Assembly (NCBI GenBank): GCA_910578245.1
Contig: CAJTPC010000001.1
Coordinates: 91,603-155,602 of the forward strand
Length of the DNA stretch: 64,000 nt
Direction: 5' to 3'
From: an uncultured Christensenella sp.
GTDB lineage: Bacteria; Bacillota; Clostridia; Christensenellales; UBA3700
Part shown: positions 57,474-64,000 of the stretch, piece after piece
How the letters are laid out: each line of letters begins with the position of its first letter
Position numbering within the stretch: the stretch's first letter is position 1
Program-made: the position numbers and the translations under genes
Notes under the pieces: model-generated
What the model was told of the DNA's origin: nothing
Database searches by the model: none
What the model saw: the letters and a program-made list of their open reading frames with translations, nothing else

Positions 57474-57601
57474 CGACTGTGGAGATTAGTTCAATTTTTG
57501 CGTATGCTAGGGCGAAATGAAGTCGTCAAGTGTACTAGTCGTACACGTCGACTTCTTGAGTCCCGACGTATGCGTAAAAAGAGGGCTGATATACGCAGTC
57601 G
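57474..57601. repeat. 128-bp structured repeat, copy 2 (upstream of mnmE, before mnmG)
   Basis: Same orientation as copy 1, with about eight mismatches. Confidence 0.8.
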
Positions 57602-57631
57602 GCAGTAACGGTATATAGGATATTATCTATT

Positions 57632-59488
57632 ATGCAAAAGAATTATGACGCTATAGTAATAGGTTGCGGACACGCGGGAGTTGAGGCATGTCTTGCTTTA
57701 GCGCGCCTCGGACACAAGACTTTGGCGGTAACTTTATCTCTTGACGCAATAGCCTTTATGGCTTGCAATCCTGCGATTGGCGGTACAGCAAAGGGACATC
57801 TGGTGAGAGAAATAGACGCGCTTGGCGGACAGATGGGAATATCTGCCGACAATAATTTACTTCAAATTCGTATGCTCAACATGGGTAAAGGATCGGCGGT
57901 ACAGTCACTTCGCGGACAAGCCGACAAAACTCTTTATCACCACTATATGAAGAATATTATGGAGACTACGCCCAACTTGGATATTTTGCAGGGCGAAGTA
58001 GCCGAGATACTTACTAAAAACGGTACCGTATACGGAATAACAACAACCTTGGGACAGACTTTTTATGCAGACAGCATAGTAGTAGCTACGGGAGTATATC
58101 TCAATGCGCATATCATTATAGGCGACAACGTAACCAAGACGGGTCCAAACGGCTTTTCAAGAGCTACAAAACTCACCGACAGCTTGATAAGTCTTGATAT
58201 TCCTACTAGAAGATTCAAGACGGGCACTCCTGCAAGAGTGGATAAAAACAGCATAAATTTCGACGTAATGCAAATACAGAACGGCGATGATAATATATAT
58301 CCCTTTTCCTTTATGACAAAAGGATACATACCCAATAAAGAGGTATGCTATCTCACTTATACCACACAAAAGACAAAAGATATTATTATGGCAAATATCG
58401 ATAGATCTCCGCTCTATAACGGTTCTATACACAGCATAGGACCGAGATACTGTCCGTCTATTGAGGACAAAGTCATGAGATTTGCCGATAAAGAACGTCA
58501 TCAAATCTTTATTGAACCTGAGAGTAGTCTGACTAACGAAATGTACGTGCAAGGCATGAGTTCGTCTTTGCCTTTCGACGTGCAACTTGAGATGTATAAA
58601 TCGGTAATAGGCTTGGAAAACGTCAAGATTATGAGATTTGCTTATGCAATAGAGTATGACTGCATAGACTCGCTTTGTCTGACGCCGTATCTTATGGTAA
58701 AACACGTCAAAGGTCTTTTCTTAGCGGGACAGCTCAACGGCAGCAGCGGATACGAAGAAGCGGCGGCGCAAGGTCTTATTGCCGGCATAAACGCTTCGCT
58801 ATATCTAAAACAAAAACAGCCTTTGGTATTGACGAGAGATTCGTCGTATATTGGCGTACTTATAGACGACTTGGTAACTAAAGGCACCAACGAACCTTAT
58901 AGAATGATGACGGCTAGAGCGGAACATAGACTGCTATTACGACAGGAAAACGCCGACAGACGACTTACTCCGATTGGTAGGGAAATAGGCTTGGTAAACG
59001 ACGAAAGGTGGCAATCTTTTGAAAAGAAGATGCAGACTATTGAAGATATATCTAATATCTTAAATAAGTCTTTACCTCCCAAAGAATTCAGGCAGTTTTT
59101 TGAAAATATCGGCGAGCCTGTACCAAACAACGCTCTAACTTATAAAGATATGCTTAAACGAGCAAACGTATCTTTTGATATGCTTATGCAAAACTTTGAA
59201 GATCTTAAAGACATAGATAGAAGATGTCTTGAAGAAGTAGCTACGTCTATCAAATACGAAGGCTATCTCAACAAACAGCAGGCTGTCATTGAAGATATAA
59301 ACAAACTTGAAAATAAGTCGCTTCCGCAAGACATAGATTATAGCCAAATAAAAGGTCTGAGAATCGAGGCCAGACAAAAACTCGACAAAATAAAACCTCT
59401 CAACTTAGGTCAGGCTTCGAGAATAAGCGGAGTATCACCGGCGGATATAACGGTGCTTTTAGTGTATATTTCCAAGACGGGTAGGTAA
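57632..59488 (+). CDS. mnmG: tRNA uridine 5-carboxymethylaminomethyl modification enzyme MnmG (GidA)
   Basis: FAD motif YDAIVIGCGHAGVEA. Also GPRYCPSIEDK and GQLNGSSGYEEAAAQG. Confidence 0.95.
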   Translation: MQKNYDAIVIGCGHAGVEACLALARLGHKTLAVTLSLDAIAFMACNPAIGGTAKGHLVREIDALGGQMGISADNNLLQIRMLNMGKGSAVQSLRGQADKTLYHHYMKNIMETTPNLDILQGEVAEILTKNGTVYGITTTLGQTFYADSIVVATGVYLNAHIIIGDNVTKTGPNGFSRATKLTDSLISLDIPTRRFKTGTPARVDKNSINFDVMQIQNGDDNIYPFSFMTKGYIPNKEVCYLTYTTQKTKDIIMANIDRSPLYNGSIHSIGPRYCPSIEDKVMRFADKERHQIFIEPESSLTNEMYVQGMSSSLPFDVQLEMYKSVIGLENVKIMRFAYAIEYDCIDSLCLTPYLMVKHVKGLFLAGQLNGSSGYEEAAAQGLIAGINASLYLKQKQPLVLTRDSSYIGVLIDDLVTKGTNEPYRMMTARAEHRLLLRQENADRRLTPIGREIGLVNDERWQSFEKKMQTIEDISNILNKSLPPKEFRQFFENIGEPVPNNALTYKDMLKRANVSFDMLMQNFEDLKDIDRRCLEEVATSIKYEGYLNKQQAVIEDINKLENKSLPQDIDYSQIKGLRIEARQKLDKIKPLNLGQASRISGVSPADITVLLVYISKTGR

Positions 59489-59490
59489 TT

Positions 59491-60210
59491 ATGGAACTGA
59501 ATATTCTTAAAGATTATTTGTTAAATAATTATAAAAATTCTTGCGAAAACAGTGATATTTCACTTTACTTGACTAAATTCTCACTTTATTACGATAAATT
59601 GATAGAGTGGAACTGCAAATTTAATCTTACGGCAATAACTCAATCTGACGACGCGCAAATAAAGCACTTTATTGACAGTATATTGCCCAACAATTTGCTT
59701 GATAAAAGCAATAATATTTGCGATATAGGTTGCGGAGCAGGCTTTCCCAGTATTCCTTTAGCAATTCTCAATCCCGACAAAAAGTTTACTTTGGTTGACA
59801 GCGTAAATAAGAAGATAACCTTTATTAATTATATCATAGAATTGCTTGATTTACAAAACGTAACTGCAATACATTCAAGAGTAGAGGACTTTGCCAAAAG
59901 TAATTTCCAAAGTTTTGACGCATGCGTAGCAAGAGCCTTAGCAAGCATGCCTACGCTTGTGGAATATACTTTACCTCTTATCAAAAAAGACGGCTTTTTA
60001 TTTGCATATAAGGGTATAAATTATAAGGAAGAATTAGAACAATGTTCAAAAATTCTCCGTATTCTAAACGGAAAATTGCAAAGAGTAGAGCAATATGATT
60101 TGACAGAAGAAGAAAAAAGATACGTGCTGGCAATACAAAAAATGGGAGATTGCCCAAAAAAATATCCGAGAATTGGCAATAAACCTAGACTACAACCTAT
60201 ATTAGGATAA
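59491..60210 (+). CDS. rsmG: 16S rRNA (guanine527-N7)-methyltransferase RsmG (GidB)
   Basis: ICDIGCGAGFPSIPLAI SAM motif. Position after mnmG. 239 aa. Confidence 0.85.
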   Translation: MELNILKDYLLNNYKNSCENSDISLYLTKFSLYYDKLIEWNCKFNLTAITQSDDAQIKHFIDSILPNNLLDKSNNICDIGCGAGFPSIPLAILNPDKKFTLVDSVNKKITFINYIIELLDLQNVTAIHSRVEDFAKSNFQSFDACVARALASMPTLVEYTLPLIKKDGFLFAYKGINYKEELEQCSKILRILNGKLQRVEQYDLTEEEKRYVLAIQKMGDCPKKYPRIGNKPRLQPILG

Positions 60211-60286
60211 AAATTTATGTTGCATATCTAAAATTTCTTTGATATAATAGAGTTGAACGGTATTTCAAAAGCAAACAGGAGGAATT

Positions 60287-61159
60287 ATGAAAAATAATTT
60301 TGATAAGAATTTGGACATAGACAGCGATTTTACTACCTACGATAAAAACGGTAATCTAAACGAAGGCGTAGAAATAATGCCTTTGGAAAGCATAGTTCCC
60401 AATCCTAATCAACCGAGAAAAAAATTTGACGAAAGTTTGCTTGAAGAACTTGCTGTTTCTATAAAGAACTACGGAATTATACAACCTATCATAGTTTGTC
60501 CTGCAGGCGGTGGAAAATATCAAATCGTAGCGGGCGAGAGAAGATACAGAGCTAGTAAACTCGCCGGTATAGCTACTATTCCTGTCATCAAAAAATACTA
60601 TACGGAAAAACAAATTAAAGAGATTTCTCTTATAGAGAATCTTCAACGTCAAGACCTCAATCCTATCGAAGAAGCTCAAGCGTATAAGGCATTGATTGAC
60701 GAATATGATTTCACTCAAGAACAACTTGCAGATAAATTGGGCAAATCGCGTCCAGTAATTACAAATTCTTTAAGACTTCTCACTCTCAATCCGGTCGTAA
60801 TAGATATGGTTGTCAACGGCAGAATATCGGCAGGTCACGCAAGATGTCTTACTTCTATAAAGGACTACGTAGTACAACACACCTATGCTTTGGCTTGTTG
60901 TGATAAACAACTTAGCGTAAGACAGTTGGAACTCATGGTTCGCAATTATCTTAAGACCGATCCTAACGACCCCGAGCGTAAAAAGAAAGAGATTCCTGAA
61001 TTGACGGTCGAACTAAAAGATTTGGCAAATATAATGCAAAGAAAATTCGGTACTAAGGTAAATGCAGTCGGAAATAACAATAAGGGTAGAATATATATCG
61101 ATTATTATTCCACTGCCGATTTAGATAGAATTTACGAGATACTTGAAAAAATAAATTAA
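60287..61159 (+). CDS. parB: ParB/Spo0J/Noc-family partition protein; no parA next to it
   Basis: IVPNPNQPRKKFDE, GIIQPIIV, the GERRYRASKLAG box and an HTH TQEQLADKLGKSRPVITNSLRL. Confidence 0.85.
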   Translation: MKNNFDKNLDIDSDFTTYDKNGNLNEGVEIMPLESIVPNPNQPRKKFDESLLEELAVSIKNYGIIQPIIVCPAGGGKYQIVAGERRYRASKLAGIATIPVIKKYYTEKQIKEISLIENLQRQDLNPIEEAQAYKALIDEYDFTQEQLADKLGKSRPVITNSLRLLTLNPVVIDMVVNGRISAGHARCLTSIKDYVVQHTYALACCDKQLSVRQLELMVRNYLKTDPNDPERKKKEIPELTVELKDLANIMQRKFGTKVNAVGNNNKGRIYIDYYSTADLDRIYEILEKIN

Positions 61160-61273
61160 ATTTTATTTATATATTATAGACGCGGATATTATATAATTTT
61201 AGCGATATATTATTTATTAATTTCAATCCGTTTCGTTGTTGTAAAAGTATACAATAGATAAAAGGAGTAACAT

Positions 61274-62470
61274 ATGAAAAAATTTTTCGCTGTTTTAACG
61301 GTTTTAATATGCGCAATTCTCTGCTCATTAGGACTTGTAGCCTGCAATACGGACGAGGATGAACTTGTTGAGGTTAAGGGAATTACACTTGACGTAACTG
61401 AATTAACGCTTAAAGAAGGCGAATATTATGCATTAACTGCTACAGTAACACCGTCAAACGCAAGCAATCAGGAAATTGAATGGTTGACGTCGAATGATAG
61501 AGTAGCAACGGTGGATAACGGTAACGTCGTAGCCGTAGCGGAAGGTAAGGCAATTATATCCGTAACTACAAACAACGGCAAAACTGCGTCGTGTACCGTG
61601 ACGGTTGAAGCGGAGATGGAAGAATCGCCTGTTAAATGTACCGTTACTCTATATGCAAATGGCGGAGTTTTTGAGGGAGGAAGCGAAACTTACGAAATGC
61701 AGGTGAACCACGGTGATAGGCTGAGCGGTGATTTAACCGTGACTAGAGGAGATAAGTATGTCTTCACAAACTGGTATACAGACGAAAACCGCACAAATTT
61801 ATGGGACTTAGACGAGGATATTGTAACAGAGGATATAGAACTTTTCGCAGGTTGGAAATATTTGAATAAATATCAGTCAGTTATCGACTCTCTTGAAGAG
61901 AGAATTAAAGCCCAATTGCAAGATAATAGCGCAGATGTCGAAATTCTGTCCTTATTCAAGGATAAAGATGGATATCTTTGCTTTGTCGAAAAAAACGGCA
62001 AAGACGTGTTTTCGTATAAGACTGACATTTACGGTTTTGACGAAATAGTAGGCGACGCAGATATTATTTTACAAATTTCTAATACTACTTTAACACAGCT
62101 TAAAACTTACAATGATAAATATACGTCTGAAAATAATTCCTATGTTGCGGATAATATGGCTTATAAATATACGTCGGCGTTAAACGCAAACGACGCTATA
62201 ATATACAGTTGCGTTTCCGAATGGAAATTGTATTCAGAGGATGATTTTTCTACCAACGGTCCTTGGTATGGCTGTCAAATAAAAGCTATTATAGTAGACG
62301 AAAACGGTAATGTTTTTGATTGCAGTTTTACGGTAGTTGCGCCAATTGCTTATTATAGTTTAGTTATCGGCGGGTCTGTGTTGAGTGAAGCGGTCGACTT
62401 AATTATGATAGAATTGGGTGAAATTTCAAACGATTTTTATTCAGAGTATATCAAATCACAACAAGCTTAA
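61274..62470 (+). CDS. Lipoprotein with a Big_2 Ig-like domain and an InlB B-type repeat
   Basis: Lipobox LGLVAC. Big_2-like ITLDVTELTLKEGEYYALTATVTPSNASNQEIEWLTSNDRVATV. Also YVFTNWYTDE...ELFAGWK. Confidence 0.7.
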   Translation: MKKFFAVLTVLICAILCSLGLVACNTDEDELVEVKGITLDVTELTLKEGEYYALTATVTPSNASNQEIEWLTSNDRVATVDNGNVVAVAEGKAIISVTTNNGKTASCTVTVEAEMEESPVKCTVTLYANGGVFEGGSETYEMQVNHGDRLSGDLTVTRGDKYVFTNWYTDENRTNLWDLDEDIVTEDIELFAGWKYLNKYQSVIDSLEERIKAQLQDNSADVEILSLFKDKDGYLCFVEKNGKDVFSYKTDIYGFDEIVGDADIILQISNTTLTQLKTYNDKYTSENNSYVADNMAYKYTSALNANDAIIYSCVSEWKLYSEDDFSTNGPWYGCQIKAIIVDENGNVFDCSFTVVAPIAYYSLVIGGSVLSEAVDLIMIELGEISNDFYSEYIKSQQA

Positions 62471-62622
62471 AAATAGTATATGTAGGTTGAGATTCTTTGA
62501 CTTCACTTCGTTTCGCTCAGAATGACGCCTATTTAATAAAAAATTCTCTACAAACTATTTAACTTAGATTTGTAGAGAATTTAATATCTATTACTTTTTA
62601 CTTATTATTTATTACCTATCTT

Positions 62623-63729
62623 TTATCTCGTTCTTATCGGCAAAATAAGATATAAATATTCATTACTTTCAATAGGGGTAATAACCACAGGATTACTGCT
62701 ATTGGATATTTTGATAGATATATATTCGTCACTGCTGTTTTTAATGCAATCGGTGAGATATTTAGCGCTAAGACTAATAGTTACGTCTTTACCTTTAGTA
62801 AAAGTATTTATTACTTCTTTTATATTACTCATACTGGTATTGCAATAAATAGACATCTTACCTTCTTTTATATCTATCTTAATATAATTGCTCTTATCTT
62901 GCTTAGCTATTACGTCAACTTTATCCATACTGTATTCAAGACTTGCTCTATCTACTGTTACTTCAGTCTCAAAATTCTTAGGAATAGTAGACTCATATTT
63001 TATAAAACTTCCGCCTATTAGAGAAGTAACAATCTTGCTATTTTCAAATTCAACCATCATTTTCTTGTCGTTGAATTTAATATTTACCGTTTCTTCATCA
63101 TTTTCTAAGAGTTTAGAAATCTCGCTTAAGCTCTTTGCCGGAACTATTATGCTCGATTCTTTTTGTTCTTCAGCAAGTTCCTTATTGCAAATTGCAAGTC
63201 TGTAGCCGTCAAGACCTACGCTTCTTATTTGATTTCCTTTTATTTCAAGCAAACAACCTTTAAGCTGTTGTCTAATATCTTCGGTAGACGTAGCGAATAT
63301 AGTCTTATTTACAAGGTCTTTGAAATCCTTTTGTTTAACAGAAAGGGAAGTGATATATTCTTGATCCTCGATAGCGGGATATTCGCTTATATTCATGGTT
63401 GCTATATAAATAAAGCTGTCGCAGTGAGAAATATATAGCTTGTCCGCTTCTATTTGAGAATCGAATTCTATTATATTTTCCTTACTTATTTTTCTTATAT
63501 ATTCGCAAATAGTTCTTCCCGGAACTAGTACTTCTCCTTCCATAATTATATCAGCTTTTATTTTCATTACGATAACAAACTCAATATCTGTTGCCATTAT
63601 CGTCAAAGTATCGCCGAAAGCGCTAAATTTAATGCTCTCTAATATAGGCATACTCTTTTTTGAAGGAAGAGCCTTCATTACTTTTGATAAAGCGTCTGAC
63701 AAATCCGTTCCGTTGCAAATAAACTTCAT
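62623..63729 (-). CDS. dnaN: DNA polymerase III beta sliding clamp
   Basis: MKFICNGTDLSDALSKV...LPILESIKF N-terminus. 368 aa three-domain layout. C-terminal LILPIRTR. Confidence 0.9.
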   Translation of the reverse strand: MKFICNGTDLSDALSKVMKALPSKKSMPILESIKFSAFGDTLTIMATDIEFVIVMKIKADIIMEGEVLVPGRTICEYIRKISKENIIEFDSQIEADKLYISHCDSFIYIATMNISEYPAIEDQEYITSLSVKQKDFKDLVNKTIFATSTEDIRQQLKGCLLEIKGNQIRSVGLDGYRLAICNKELAEEQKESSIIVPAKSLSEISKLLENDEETVNIKFNDKKMMVEFENSKIVTSLIGGSFIKYESTIPKNFETEVTVDRASLEYSMDKVDVIAKQDKSNYIKIDIKEGKMSIYCNTSMSNIKEVINTFTKGKDVTISLSAKYLTDCIKNSSDEYISIKISNSSNPVVITPIESNEYLYLILPIRTR

Positions 63730-63801
63730 TTATACACCTCTGTAAATTATATATTTTTTATATTTATTAGATAATCATAATATCAATAAGGGGAGTGGAA
63801 A

Positions 63802-63901
63802 TGTTGATAAGTTATTTAATAGACCTATAATCAATAAAAATTGAGAATTTTATGTTTATAAGTATGTTGATAAATAATTTTAGTTTTCCACATTGTCCAC
63901 A
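63802..63901. promoter_or_regulatory. DnaA-box cluster upstream of dnaN (oriC segment in the presumed dnaA-dnaN spacer)
   Basis: TGTTGATAA occurs at 63802-63810 and 63865-63873, TTTTCCACA at 63884-63892 and TTGTCCACA at 63893-63901. Each differs by one mismatch from TTATCCACA or its complement. A very AT-rich stretch follows to the window end. Confidence 0.7.
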
Positions 63902-64000
63902 AAAAGATATTTTTATTTATCTATTATGTCAATCGGTTATATATTTTTTATTATAAGCAGTTATTTTTTGCTTATAATTATCTTTTTTGAATCATATTTT

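Overview
Low-GC chromosomal window from a Bacillota bacterium. It looks Clostridia-like because the sporulation genes yabP/yabQ are present; that taxonomic call is inference only. The window spans the replication-origin neighbourhood.

Coordinates 1-47 kb are almost entirely minus-strand housekeeping genes: AGCS symporter, lysC, cdaA, holA, comEC, ppa, an ilvB-like ALS, and an Rrf2 regulator with cysK and metY. Four accessory insertions interrupt them:
(i) A C5-methyltransferase / LAGLIDADG-like / PD-(D/E)xK three-gene operon, in a 3.6-kb island bounded by a duplicated tRNA-Leu(CAA) 3' end.
(ii) An OLD-family ATPase-Toprim nuclease co-transcribed with an HTH protein, behind tandem palindromic operators.
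(iii) A surface-protein operon of an LRR protein, a 2,296-aa tandem-repeat protein and a 530-aa repeat protein.
(iv) A ~5.8-kb island next to tRNA-Leu(CAG), bounded by ~210-bp direct repeats. It carries a sigma factor, a secreted Cys-peptidase-like protein, an anti-sigma-like protein, a 740-aa glycine-rich protein and an FtsX gene fragment.

Coordinates 47.9-64 kb run as follows: yabP-yabQ, a small Zn-ribbon ORF, and a 3.2-kb ORF-free AT-rich tract holding two exact consensus parS sites, one degenerate site and two split parS palindromes. Then come rpmH-rnpA-yidD-yidC-jag and three small XRE genes. mnmE follows, in opposite orientation and flanked by 128-bp repeats. After it come mnmG-rsmG-parB, a lipoprotein, and dnaN with a DnaA-box cluster at the right edge.

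The features I consider most worth follow-up are:
- the ORF-free parS tract at a synteny junction
- the methyltransferase operon with a LAGLIDADG-like middle gene
- the non-canonical origin-region gene order
- the two decayed tRNA-Leu islands

All functional calls come from reading the sequence and recalling motifs. No database search was run.
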